Part shown: positions 11,644 to 24,060 of the stretch, piece by piece
Position numbering within the stretch: the stretch's first letter is position 1
Layout of the letters: each line of letters begins with the position of its first letter
Source: Mobula hypostoma
Taxonomy: Eukaryota
Direction: 5' to 3'
NCBI RefSeq assembly: GCF_963921235.1
Contig: NC_086108.1
Coordinates: forward strand, 76,386,001 to 76,450,000
DNA length: 64,000 nt
Notes under the pieces: model-generated
Databases searched by the model: none
Told to the model about the DNA's origin: nothing
Seen by the model: the letters and a program-made list of their open reading frames with translations, nothing else
Translations under genes and position numbers: made by a program

Positions 11644-14600
11644 CACAAGATCACAAGACAAAGGAGCAGAAGTAGGCCATTCGGCCCATCGAGTCTGCTC
11701 TGCAGCTCCCCCATGAGCTAAACTATTCACCCATCTAGTTCCAATTTCCGGCTTTTTCCCCATATCCCTTGATACCCTGACGAATTAGATACCTGTCAAT
11801 CTCCTCCTTAAACACCCTCAATGATCGGGCCTCCACAGCTGTATGTGGCAACGAATTCCACAAATCCACGACCCTCTGGCTAAAAAAATTTCTCCTCATC
11901 TCTGTTTTAACTGGGTACCCTCTAATTCTAGGACTGTGGCCTCTTGTCCTGGACTCACCCACCAAGAGAAACAGCCTTTCCACATCTACTCTGTCCAACC
12001 CTTTCAACATTTGAAATGTTTCTATGAGATCCCCTCTCATTCTTCTATACTCTAATGAATACAATCCAAGAGCTGACAAACGCTCCTCATATGTTAGCCC
12101 CTGCATTCCAGGAATCATCCTCGTAAATTTTCTTTGAACTCTCTCCAACATCAGTACATCCTTTCTAAGATAGGGGGCCCAAAACTGCACACAGTGTTCC
12201 AAATGAGGTCTCACTAATGCCCCATAGAGCCTCATCAACACCTCCTTACTCTTATACACTATTCCTCTTGAAATGAATGCCAACATAGCATTCGCTTTCC
12301 TTACCACCAATCCAACTTGGTGGTTAACCTTTAGGGTATCCTGCACGAGGACCCCCAAGTCCCTTTGCACTTCCGATTTTTGAATTTTCTCCCCATCTAA
12401 ATAATAATCTGCCCTATTATTCCTTCTTCCGAAATGTACAACCGTACATTTGTCAACGTTGTAACTCATCTGCCATTTCTTTGCCCACTCTCCTAAACTG
12501 ACTCAAGTCTCTCTGCAACCTTTCCGTTTCTTCAACATTTCCTGCTCCTCCACCTATCTTGGTGTCATCCGCAAACTTAGCCACAAAACCATTTAATCCA
12601 TAATCCAAAGCATCGATATACATCGTAAAAAAAAGCGGCCCCAACACCAACCCCTGCGGAACACCACTAGTAACCGGCAACCAATCAGAATAAGATCCCT
12701 TTATTCCCACCCTTTGCTTTCTGCCTATCAGCCAATGCTCCAACCATTTCAATATCTTTCCTATAATTCCATGGGCTCTCATCTTATTAAGCAGCCTCAT
12801 ATGCGGCACCTTATTGAAGGCCTTTTGAAAATCCAAATACACAACATCCACAGCCTCTCCCTTGTCAATCTTATTCGAGATTACCTCAAAAAATTCCAAT
12901 AGGTTGGTGGGACAGGATCTTCCCTTCATGAAACCATGCTAGCTTCGGCCTATCTTGTCATGCACCTCGAGGTATTTCATAACCTCGTCCTTGAGGATTG
13001 ACTCCAATATCTTTCCAACTACCGATGTCAGACTAATAGGTCTGTAATTTTCTTTTTGCTGCCTCCTTCCTTTCTTAAATAACGGAACTACATTTGTGAC
13101 CTTCCAGTCGTCCGGAACCATGCCAGAGTCCATTGATTCCTGGAAGATCATTTCCAATGCTTCCACAATCTCCAAAGCCACCTCCTTCCGAACCCTTGGG
13201 TGCACCTCATCCGGACTGGGAGACTTATCTATTCTTAGTCCACTTAGTTTCCCAAGCACTTTCTCTCTAGTAATCTTGACTGTACCTAATTCTATTCCCT
13301 GATACCTCTGGCTATCAGGTATATGTCTCATGTCTTCCACTGTGAAGACTGATGCAAAATACTCATTCAGTTCCTCTGCCACCTCTTTGTTATCCATTAT
13401 AATTTCTCCAGCATCATTTTCAATCGGTCCCGTATCTACCCTTCTCACTCTTTTACTCTTTATATATTTAAAAAAACTCTTAGTATCCTTTCTTATGTTA
13501 ATCGCCAACTTCCTTTCATAATTCATCTTTTCTTTCCTAATGACTTTCTTAGTTTCCTTCGGTAAGTTTTTAAAAAGTCTTCCAGTCCTCATTTTTCCCA
13601 CTAATTTTTGTTTCCTTGTACGCCGTTTCTTTTGCTTTTATTTTTGCCTTAACCTCTCTCATTAGCTACATTTGTGCCATTTTTCCATTCATGATTTTCT
13701 TTTTTTCTTGGAATATATTTTTCCTGCATTTTCCTTATTTCATGAAGGAACTTCAGCCAATTCTGCTCTGCCATCCCTCCATTTAGCTTACTTTTCCAAT
13801 CGACTTGGGCCAGTTCCTCTCTCATACCACTGTAATTTCCCCTATTCCACTGAAATATCGATATACCTGATACCAGCTTCTCCTCTTCAGATTTGAAACT
13901 GAACTCAATCACATTATGATCACTACTTCCAAGGGGTTCCTTTACCTCCAGCTCCCCAATCGCCTCAGGTTTGGTACACAGCATCCAATCCAAAACAGCC
14001 AGTCCCCTGGTGGGCTTCTGGACAAGCTGCTTCAAAAAGCCATCCTGTAGGCATTCTACAAACTCCCTCTCCTGAGATCCATTACCTTCCTGACTTTCCC
14101 ACTCCACTTTCATATTAAAATCCCCCATAATTATCTTGACATTTTCCTTCTGACACGCTTTTTCTATTTCTAGCTGCAAATTGTAGTCCACATCCCGGCT
14201 GCTGTTTGGAGGCCTGTATATAACTTTTTACCTTTGCCATTTCTTAATTCTACCCATAAGGATTCTACCTCTTCTGATCCTATGTCCCTTCTTTCTATTG
14301 ATTTGATACCGTTACTTACCATCAGGGCCACGCCACCCCCTTTACCTACCTTCCTATCTTTCCTATACACTGTGTATCCTTGGATATTCAGCTCCCAATC
14401 ACATCCATCATTTAGCCATGACTCGGTGATGGCCACAATGTCATATCTTTTAACCTGCAGCTGTGCAGCAAGGTCATCCACTTTATTTCTAATGCTGCGT
14501 GCATTTAAGTACAGTACATTTAGATCAGTATCTGTTGCTGATTTTGCTATATTTCTATTTTGCAGCAAATTATCCTGTATATTCACCGGCCTGTCCTTCC
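11644..14600 (-). mobile_element. CR1 LINE, 5'-truncated, near-complete disrupted ORF2
   Basis: VLYLNARSIRNK, ITESW, GDFN, SSDHN, NYRPISLTS, DFQKAF, GVPQG, KFADD and LVRPHLEHCVQFW across ORFs 14586-11735; tail cacaagatcacaaga. Confidence 0.95.
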
Positions 14601-15719
14601 TTATAGTTCTGGTTATTCAACTGTTCTGGGAATGGGTGGAATGGGGAGAGCAGAGATAGGATGTGGGACCGAGTACAAGATTAATATATGATTAAAGCAA
14701 TAATAGATAAAAATTAACATATAATCAAGCAATATTATACCAAAGCTGTCGAAACCATATTTGATATGTTATTTAAGTCATTTTAGGTGCAGCAATTTCC
14801 TACAGGGATTAACATGTCATATTCACAACTGTGGGTAACACAAAGCTAGCTTTACAAGATTCTCCGCTGGGTAGTCATTTCTATCCTATTGGTTCTCTTT
14901 AGAAATATGGTTCAATGTTTGCCAATGCAAAATCTTGTTTGGTTTCATTCCTAAAAGTTGTAGTTGAGATTATATAGAAAAAAACAGGAGTTGGCCAATC
15001 ACCCCTTTAAGCCTGTTGTAGCATAGCTGACTTTTTATCTAAAAATCTGTAACATCCTCATATCCATATATTATTTTGTAGGCTTCTATGAGATCACCTC
15101 GCATTCCTCCAGAAGAGGATATGCCCGTCTAGTTAATCCCATCTCAAAGGACAAACTCACTATCCCAGGACTGAATTTCCAATCAACCTTCACAGCACTC
15201 GTACCAACACAAGCACGCTGGTGGCTCCACTTTCGTATGAATTTGAAGAAATCTGGTATGTCACCAAAGCCTTGCAAATTTCTATAAATGTATGGTGGAG
15301 AGCATTGGGACTGGTTGCATCACAGGTTCAAAGTCCAAAATAAATTTGTTATCAAATTTCATATATATTACCATATACCACCTTGAGATTCATTTTCTTA
15401 CAGGAATTTATAGGAAAAAAAATACAATACAAATTACAAAAACTATATATTAACAAAGACTGACAAACAACCAAGGCGCAAAAAATACAAAACTGTAAAA
15501 AATACTGAAAACATGAGTTGTAGAGTCATTGAAAGTGCGTCTGTAGGCCATAGTATCACTTTAGAGTAGCGGTGATCAAAATTATCCATGCCAGTTAAGA
15601 AGCCAGATAACTGGTCCTGAAACTGGTGGTGTAAGACCTAAGGATCTGTATCTCCTGCCCAATTACAGTAGTGAAAAGAGGGCATGGCCTAGATGGGGGC
15701 AAGCTTTGATGATGGATGC

Positions 15720-16537
15720 AAACACAAGGAAATCTGCAGATGCTGGAAATTCAAGCAACACACGCAAAATACTAGTGGAACGCAGCAGGCCAGACAGCAT
15801 CCATAGGAAGAAGCACAGTTGACGTTTCAGGCCGAGACCCTTCATCAGGACTAACTGAAAGAAGAGATAGTAAGAGTTTTGAAAGTGGAAGGGGGAGGGG
15901 GAGATCCAAAATGATAGGAGAAGACAGGAGGGGGAGGGATGAAGCTAAGAGCTGAACAGTTGATTGGCAAAAGGGATACAAGGCTGGAGAAGGGAGAGGA
16001 TCACGGGACAGGAGGCCTAGGGAGAAAGAAAAGCCGGGGGGGGGGAGCACCAGAGGAAGATGGAGAGCAGGCAAGGAGTTATTGTGAGAGGGACAGAGAG
16101 AGAGAAAAAAAGAAAAAAATAATAAACATACAAATAAATAAATAAATAAATAAATAAATAAGGGATGGGTTAAGAATGGGAGGAGGGGCATTAACGGAAG
16201 TTAGAGAAGTCAATGTTCATGCCATCAAGTTGGAGGCTACCCAGATGGAATATAAGGTGTTGTTCCTCCAACCTGAGTGTGACTTCATCTTGACAGTAGA
16301 GGAGGCCATGGATAGACATATCAGAATGGGAATGGGATGTGGAATTAAAATGTGTGGCCAGTGGGAGATCCTGCTTACTCTGGCGGACAGAGCGTAGGTG
16401 TTCAGCAAAGCGGTCTCCCAGTCTGCATCAGGTCTCACCAATATATAGAAGGCCGCACCGGGAGCATCGGACGCAGAATATCACACCAGCTGACTCACAG
16501 GTGAAGTGTTGCCTCACCTGAAAGGACTGTCTGGAGC
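15720..16537 (-). mobile_element. Penelope-like element 3' fragment (GIY-YIG region, UTR with (TTTA)n, pseudo-LTR)
   Basis: Colinear with the other PLE copies; 13-bp TSD TGATGATGGATGC at 15707-15719 and 16538-16550. Confidence 0.9.
15816..15857 (-). ncRNA. Hammerhead ribozyme motif, intact core
   Basis: Minus strand CAGTTAGTC-CTGATGA-AGG(gtctcgg)CCT-GAAAC-GTC-AACTG; one mismatch at the first helix I pair. Confidence 0.75.
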
Positions 16538-17479
16538 TGATGATGGATGCTGCTTTTTTAAAAAATGGTGGGGAAGGCTTTGCCTGTGATGGACTAGACT
16601 GGGTCCACCCTATTCTTCCGCAGCCTTTTCTGTTCCTGAGCCTTGGTATGGAGCTTGGTATAGAGGCTTCAATGTTTGGGAATACAAGAGCTATAGATTG
16701 TAAAATCTGGCAACTCCATCACAGGTACAATCCTCCCCACCATTGCAGTGCCTCAAGAAGGCAGCATCACATCACTCAGGACCCTCACCTTCCAGGCCAT
16801 GCCCTCTTCTCATTACTACCATCAGGGAGGAGGTACAGGAGCCAAAAGACCCACACAACAATGATTCAAAATCGGCTTCTTCCCCTTTCTGAATGGACAA
16901 TTTATATGATTACATTAATGTGTTGGGTGCAGAATAGATTCTTTTGAGATGTTGACACCCAGGAACTTGCTGAAACAGAAAGAATTTTTAAATGGAGACC
17001 TGAGCAGGTTATTTTCATATACTTGGCAGATTGCAGATATGGTAGTGTTAGAAGAGGTACATATTGAGAGCTGTGACAGAAGCACTAATCAAGTAAATTC
17101 TTCTTCTTCTTGTGTTATTTTATGGCCATTGGCAAACCAGCTTTTACTTTATACTTTATTGTCGCCAAACAATTGATACTAGAACGTACAATCATCACAG
17201 CGATATTTGATTCTGCGCTTCGCGCTCCCTGGAGTATAAATCGATAGTAAATATTAAAAGTTTTAATTATAAATCATAAATAGAAAATAGAAAAGGGAAA
17301 GTAAGGTATTCCAAAAAAACCGAGAGGCAGGTCCGGATATTTGGAGGGTACGGCCCAGATCCGGGTCAGGATCCGTTCAGCAGTCTTATCACGGTTAGAA
17401 AGAAGCTGTTCCCAAATCTGGCTGTACGAGTCTTCAAGCTCCTGAGCCTTCTCCCGGAGGGAAGAGGGACGAAAAGTGT

Positions 17480-19431
17480 CACTCACAACATGCTGGAGGA
17501 ACTCAGCAGGTCCGGCATCATCCGTGGAAACGATCAGTCAACGTTTCGGGCCAGAACCCTTCGTCAGGACTGAAGAGGGAAGGTGCAGAGGCCCTATAAA
17601 GTAGGTGGGGATTGGTGGGAAGGAGAAGGCTGGCAGGTTCCAGGTGAAAAACCAGTAAGGAGAAAGATAAAGGGGTGGGGGAGGGGAAGCAGGGAGGTGA
17701 TAGGCAAGAAAGGTGAAGAAGGAATAGGGGAAAACACAATGGGTAGTAGAAGGAGGCGGAATCATGAGGGAGGTGATAGGCAGCTGCGGGAGGGGGCAGA
17801 ATGAAATAGAGATAGGGAAAAGGGAGGGGGAGGGAACCACCAGAAGTTGAAGAATTCTATGTTCATACCAAGGGGCTGGAGACTACCTAGACGGTATATG
17901 AGGTGTTGCTCCTCCAACCTGAGTTTAGCCTCATCATGGCAGTAGAGGAGGCCATGTATGGACATATCCGAATGGGAATGGGAAGCAGAGTTGAAGTGGG
18001 TGGCTACTGAGAGATCCTGTCTGTTGTGGCAGACGGAGCGGAGGTACGGAGCAGAGGTGCTCAACGTAGTGGTCCCCCAATCTGCGTCGGGTTTCACAGA
18101 TGTAGAGGAGGCCGCGCTATGAGCACCGGATGCAATAGATGACCCCAAAAGACTCACAAGTGAAGTGTTGCTTCACCTGGAGGGACTGTTTGGGCCCTGA
18201 ATAGTGGCAAGAGAGGAGGGGTAGGGACAGTTGTAGCACTTAACGTTTACAGGAATAAGTGCTGGGTGGGAGATCCGTGGGGAGGGATGTGTGGATCAGG
18301 GAGTCGTGGAGGGACCAATCCCTGTGGAAAGCGGAGAGGGGTGGAGAGGGAAAGATGTGCTTAGTGGTGGGGTCCTGTTAAAGGTGGCAGAAGTTGCGGA
18401 GGATAATGTGCTGGATCCGGAGGCTGGTGGGGTGGTAGGTGAGGACAAGGGGAACTCTGTCCCTGTTGTGGTGGCGGGAGGATGGGGTGAGGGCCGAAGT
18501 GCGGGAAATGGAGGAAATGCGGGTGAGGGCATCATTGATGACGGCAGAAGGGAAACCACGATCCTTAAAGAAAGAGGACATTTGAGATGTCCTGGAACGG
18601 AAAGCCTCATCCTGGGAGCAGATGCGGCAGAGACGGAGGAACTGGGAATAGGGAATGGCATTTTTGCATGTGGCAGGGTGGGAAGAGGTATAGTCAAGGT
18701 AGTTATGAGAGTCAGTAGGCTTGTAGAAGATGTCAGTGGACAGTCTGTCTCCAGAGATGGAGACCGAGAGATCGAGAAAGGGGAGAGAAGTGTCCAAGAT
18801 AGACCAAGTGAATTTGAGGGCCGTGTGGAAGTTTGAAGTAAAGTCGATGAAATTGACAAGCTCAGCATGGGTGCAGGAAGCAGAACCAATGTAGTTGTCA
18901 ATGTACCAAAGGAAAAGTTGGGGAGCAGTACCAGAATAGGTTCAGAGCACAGACCGTTCCACATAACCAATGAAGAGGCAGGCATAGTTGGGGCCCATGC
19001 GAGTTCCCATAGCTACACCCTTAGTCTGAAGAAAGTGGGAAGAGCCAAAAGAGAAGTTATTAAGTGTGAGTACCAGTTCTGCCAACCGGAGGAGGGTAGT
19101 GGTGGTGGGGAACTGGTGAGGTCTATAGTCCAGAAAGTAGCGGAGGGTTTTGAGGCTTTCTTGATGGGGAATGGAGGTGTATAAGGATTGGACATCCATA
19201 GTGAAAATGAAGCGGTTGGGACTGGGGAACTGGAAGTTATTGAAGAGGTGGAGGGCATGGGATGTATCCCGGATGTAGGTGGGGAGGGACTGAACTATGG
19301 GTGACAAAATGGAGTCCAGGTAGGCAGATACAAGTTCGGTGGGACAGGAGCAGGCAGAAACTATGGGTCTACTGGGACAGTCAGGCTTGTGGATCTTGGG
19401 GAGGAGGTAAAACCGAGCGGTATAGTGTGTG
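17480..19431 (-). mobile_element. Penelope-like element (probably Neptune clade), 5'-truncated: RT + GIY-YIG endonuclease + pseudo-LTR
   Basis: FYLLPKIHK, RPIVS, FTMDVQSLYTSIP, GVAMGTRMGP, YID, LPFLD, YKPTDSHNYL, Cys-rich linker, VIYCIRC..GLLYI and HFNS..HS; 9-bp TSD GAAAAGTGT at 17471-17479 and 19432-19440. Confidence 0.93.
17535..17572 (-). ncRNA. Hammerhead ribozyme motif, intact core, 5-bp helix I
   Basis: Minus strand CAGTC-CTGACGA-A-GGG(ttctgg)CCC-GAAAC-GTT-GACTG; AACGUU palindrome; GUU triplet. Confidence 0.85.
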
Positions 19432-20470
19432 GAAAAGTGTGTTGGCTGGGTGGGTTGTGTCCTTGATAATCCTGGCAGCACTGCTCCAACAGCGTGCAGT
19501 GTAAAGTGAGTCCAAAGACAGAAAATTGGTTTGTGTGATGTGCTGGGCTGCGTTCACGATCTTCTGCAGCTTCTTCCGGTCTTGGACAGGATAACTTCCA
19601 TACCAGGTTGTGATGCACCCCAGAAGAATGCTTTCTACTGTGCATCTATAAAAATTAGTGAGGGATTTAGGAGACAAGCCAAATTTCTTCAGCTTTCTCA
19701 GGAAGTAAAGGCACTGGTGGGCCTTCTTGGCAGTGGACTCTGCTTGGTTAGACCAAGTCAGGTCATTTGTGATATTGACCCCCGAGGAACTTAAAGCTTT
19801 TGACCTGCTCCACTTGCGCACCACCGATGTAAATAGGGTCATGCGGTCCGCTACTCCTTCTGAAGTCAACAACCAATTCCTTCATCTTGTTGATGTTGAG
19901 GGATAGGTTATAGGTGCATTACCGCCACCTGCTAGACTGGAGTGTGGATCGTTGGATAAACAGGAGAAGGGAAAAGAATTGCATTCCCTATATTCAATAT
20001 GATAAACCTGAGTCTTTCAGATACTTCATGATATGGATCTGTATTTCTCTTGAATTCCCACTTAAAATGTCTTCTATACCCACATCAGTTTTTTTGTTTA
20101 TCTTAAATGTTCCTATCATCTTCACTCTTTCTTTTTGATACTTCTTACATTTTATCAATACATGTTCAACTGTTTCTGGTTGATTATAGTACTCACACAA
20201 CCCAGTTGGATGTTTCCCTATTTTGTGTAACATATAATTAAGATGAGTGTGTCCAGTTCTCAAACGACTGATGATCACTTCTGTCTTTCTACATCCACTT
20301 GACAATATCAAGTAAATTCCTTGGAATTCCATGCATTGTACTGAAGAATTAATTGGTCCAAAGAGCTAATTGGTGCTACTAATTATGGTGAGCATTCCTC
20401 TGTGGCTCATTCACAAGTAGTTCACACCTGGCTCGAGAAATACTCCAGAAATGGTAAACCTTGAAACCAG

Positions 20471-20522
20471 AACAACAGGAATTCTGCAGATGCTGGAAAT
20501 TCAAGCAAGCAACTTTGATGTA
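20471..20522. mobile_element. 52-bp PLE terminal fragment with internal inversion
   Basis: The reverse complement of the PLE terminus is followed by a forward piece gcaactttgatgta; 16-bp TSD TAAACCTTGAAACCAG at 20455-20470 and 20523-20538. Confidence 0.85.
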
Positions 20523-21872
20523 TAAACCTTGAAACCAGGTGTTTCTTGGTATAATTTCTTTGAGTATACCCTTTCCCATCTCCTTCCTCATTTAGCAGGA
20601 ACGCTTATCAAAGGATAAAGCATATTATTCAGTAATGGGGGTAAAATAAATGGGATTGAAATGAACTGCAAAGTACTAACAGCAATAGCTGCAAATTATG
20701 TCATAACTCTCAGATTTACAAACATCATCTGAACTTGAAAATGTATCAGGCTGTGATCAGAAAAGCCCACTTTCGAGTTCTTACTGATGACGATTTTTAT
20801 TTCATTTTCAGTGTGACGCTATCTATTATTCGTAGGCATCGTGAACCGAAATCCTGTTCTAGCGCTTAATACAGATTGCAGTGACATCAAGTTGTATTTC
20901 ATTGAATGTTACAAAGGAATCAACTACCTCGCAAATAATATAAACCTTTAAACAGGCCAAATTTCATACGATTCTTCAATTTGATAAGGTTCGACTTTGA
21001 CAGCAGCTGCACAGATACATCAAGGGTGTAATTTTCATCCTTTTAACTGAAATGAGTGCATTTAATTTTTTTAAGAGGCAAAACTGTTGCAGTCATCTGA
21101 TCACTTCAGGGCTAAAGTTCTGGCAAAGAATCATGGTTATAAGCAGTCAGATATGCATCTTGTCATTTTGCTCAATGGTCAGAGAACATGTTAGCTCCAG
21201 GCATCTCTGTGAATATGACTACTAGTACTCCAGTATAAATGTCAGCAACATGTCCTACTGCATTCGGAGCAGCAGGTAGCCACAGGGTTTGAGAATATAA
21301 ATCAAGACGGGTGGGGGGAGTGGGGTTGGGGGTGCATCAACATCTAGTTCTTTATTGTGCTAGGATTCAGAGAAAATGATGATGATTTTTAAAACATTCT
21401 AAATTCTTAATACTATACCTCAGCTTTTGTTTGATCTTACAGTTGTGGCATTCAGTAATTGATGCCTGTTAATACAGAGGGGACTGTAACTGATGGAGAT
21501 ATTTCTTTATGGGCAAGATTTTCTTAGACACCAATTGATTCCTGAAGTATTTAAATCAGTGCAGATTAGCTTTGTTTAATGGAGATAGCCTGATAAATGA
21601 GATGATTCTGTTTCCACCAGTGTATTCTGATTAACCACCTTCAAATGAATCAATCACATCATGGTCGTATAAAGCACATGTTTCAGAATTGCCATGCACA
21701 CTTTATTGTGATGTGGGAAAGATAACCTTTGGAAATGTAGGAAGAAAACCTGCATTGTTAGGAACTCTTTTCAGTTCCTGCTGCAACTAATGCACTACAG
21801 TAAGATAAATAGGCACTTTTGTTATTTATTTATACGTGTCATTAACCAAAATAATGGCTTGGATTTGGCAGT

Positions 21873-21894
21873 AGTAATGACAGCTGTCATTACT
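21873..21894. repeat. Perfect 22-bp palindrome containing TGACAGCTGTCA
   Basis: AGTAATGACAGCTGTCATTACT equals its own reverse complement. Confidence 0.9.
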
Positions 21895-23859
21895 TCAGGA
21901 AACTGCCTGCAACTTCAGAATTCCCATGCATGCATTGTTTAACACACAAATCTTGAGGAAGCTGATTGTGATTCAATTCTTCCCCATAGACGAGGTGATT
22001 TCAGCTTTCTTGCAAGTAAATAAATTGAAATAAATTTAAGCTAGTTAAGAACTAGATTTGCTGAAAAGGAACATTAAATCTTGTGTTTTGATCCATGAAA
22101 AGCATTGTTTGGCGAACTAACAGGCTCTAACAGCCTCATCTTGTAGACACATTCTAATACCCTCATACAAAAATTTAAAATATTTTGTTTTCATAAGCTC
22201 CTTAATTTCTTATATTTTAGTGATATTCCACCTCTGCAATCATATATATTTCTAACTTAGCATTCTGCAGAAAGTAAAAAGTTAACTAAAATAACTGAAA
22301 ACAATAAAATGTTCCATTTGCTTTCTGGGTTGCTACTTATTCATGAATTTGATTATCTACTGAACCAACTCAAAGCCATCACTGCTGCTGGATGCTTTGG
22401 ACCCTCCTAAATTGATACCTGATAGTAATAAGCATCAGAAAAGGATTGTTATTATCACAGCAATCATAATAAACACATGGATCAATTCCCACTTAAATGC
22501 AAATACAAAAATAGATATTTTTCAAATAAAAGTATTTTATGAGGAGCTTATTTCAGTTTTATTAATGTCCAATAATCTTCAGTTCTGGTGAAAGAAGCCT
22601 CAAAGTGTAGTAAAGTAACAATGTAAGTAATTGACAGGGTTGGAATTTCTCACGTTTACAAATTATAATCTAAAAATCACACCCAAAGACCTACTAGAGA
22701 ATGTTTTTTTCTTATTTCTTTTTAAAATCAATAGAACTATATATTCACTACATACTTTGCCATATCAAGGATGCATTTAGCTTTAAGAATTCAGATTTCA
22801 AGAGGCAGATATCGTGCACTGATTACAATGTAACCATAATTATTTGTTAATATATAATAGATATAACTGAAGTAACTTGAGTAAAAGAAAACACTGGTTG
22901 CAATAGATGACTTTAAGTGTTCAGATATTATTCTCAGCTCTAACTTATACACAGGAAGTGAAGGCCAGTCTATTTGCTTAACTGAAAAAATACCTCTGAC
23001 CTGAACAATTAGGGGTGTGTTCCCTTAAAAAATAATTCATTAATAAAGCAACACTAAAACACACCCATCAAGCTCTAGTTAAAGGTTCTGGTAATCTCCT
23101 GTCAAAAATTTAACAAAATTAATGAAATGAAACAAGAAGAATTATGTATTCCATTAATGGGCTGAGTAATAGGTATTGTGATTTTTTTTGATCCATCAAC
23201 ACTGACTAAAAAAAGCTTAAACAATAATCGGTGGCAGGGCTTCATTGCCAGCAAGACCAGAGCACAAAGTTACTAGTACAGAAAGGGCATTCCAAAATTC
23301 AGGCAGGAAGTCAGCCAGTCCTAAAGGCAAACATTCTGCTTCCGTGACTGAAGTAAATGATCCCATAACCTCTTACAATTGAGTTGAATGGAGGGAGCAA
23401 GGTTGGGGGGGAGGGGTTTCTGGTGATCATTGAAAGGGTATGGTGGGGCAGATGACAAAATGGCAGGGCAGGATGAATGTGTTGCTCAATAACCTGGAGC
23501 TAACATATTTGAAATGCACACTGCGCTAAACATCAGTGCCTGTGATCTAAACAGTCAACACCCCTTATACTTGCTGCACAAACTGAAATAAGACAGCAAT
23601 GCTGACCATCTACTCAGCTCCTCAGAAGTTGAGTGGTTTGATGTCGTCATTAATGAGTAAGACGGTTTTGAAAAAAAAACTCAATTTTCCTATTGCCCTG
23701 CTTTCCAGAATCAATGGAGCAGAAGCCATATTAAAATTATCCCACATAATCAATTGTCAAACACAGAACACTTTGCACACTTATTGATGTTCTTTAATCT
23801 CAAATCAATAAAATCACCTGAAAAATCTGGTAAATAAAAAAATGACGAAAGTTCTATAA

Positions 23860-24060
23860 GGGCAAAAGTATCTATGCTGTGACCATTTATATTTACATGT
23901 GTTAATTAAATCCAATTAAAAATCATTAAACCTTCGCAATGTAACAATTAAACCCTTTATGGCTTCATAACATTAAAGCCTACAGTTTATTGGGTAAAGT
24001 CTATTTTCAAATTAAAGTAATTTGCATGCAAATTAATTGTAATATGTTATTATCATGAGA
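23860..24060. promoter_or_regulatory. Candidate enhancer or conserved non-coding element (homeodomain and POU motif cluster)
   Basis: Dense TAAT/ATTA, TTTATGG and TTTATTGG sites plus the 18-bp palindrome TAATTTGCATGCAAATTA (24018-24035); conservation untested. Confidence 0.3.

Larger units (their letters stand above)
15205..16900. mobile_element. Mosaic of Rex1/Babar fragments in both orientations, interrupted by a PLE at 15720-16537
   Basis: Motifs VESIGTGCIT, SIIKACPHLGHALFSLL and QDPHLPGHALFSLLPSGRRYRS. Confidence 0.7.
17144..19907 (-). mobile_element. Rex1/Babar LINE 3' portion (17144-17479 and 19432-19907) split by a PLE
   Basis: ORF 19381-19872: KKAHQCLYFLRKLKKF..FYRCTVESIL.GCITTWYG..RIIKDTTHPAN; the frame continues past the PLE as LFVPLPSGRRLRS. 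Confidence 0.9.
17101..20306 (-). mobile_element. I-group (Nimb-like) LINE 3' fragment, split into 17101-17143 and 19908-20306 by a nested Rex1 + PLE
   Basis: ORF 19994-20332 ISRLRTGH..LN..LHKIGKHPTGLCEY...ETVEHVLIKC is an I-group C-terminal Cys/His motif. The 3' UTR ggtggcggtaatgcacctat rejoins aagctggtttgcc...(GAA)n across the insertion. 13-bp TSD ATCAAGTAAATTC at 17088-17100 and 20307-20319. Confidence 0.85.

Noticed and set aside
18291..19504. Plus-strand and alternative-frame ORFs over the PLE
   Set aside because: They are antisense or out-of-frame shadows of the PLE RT coding sequence.
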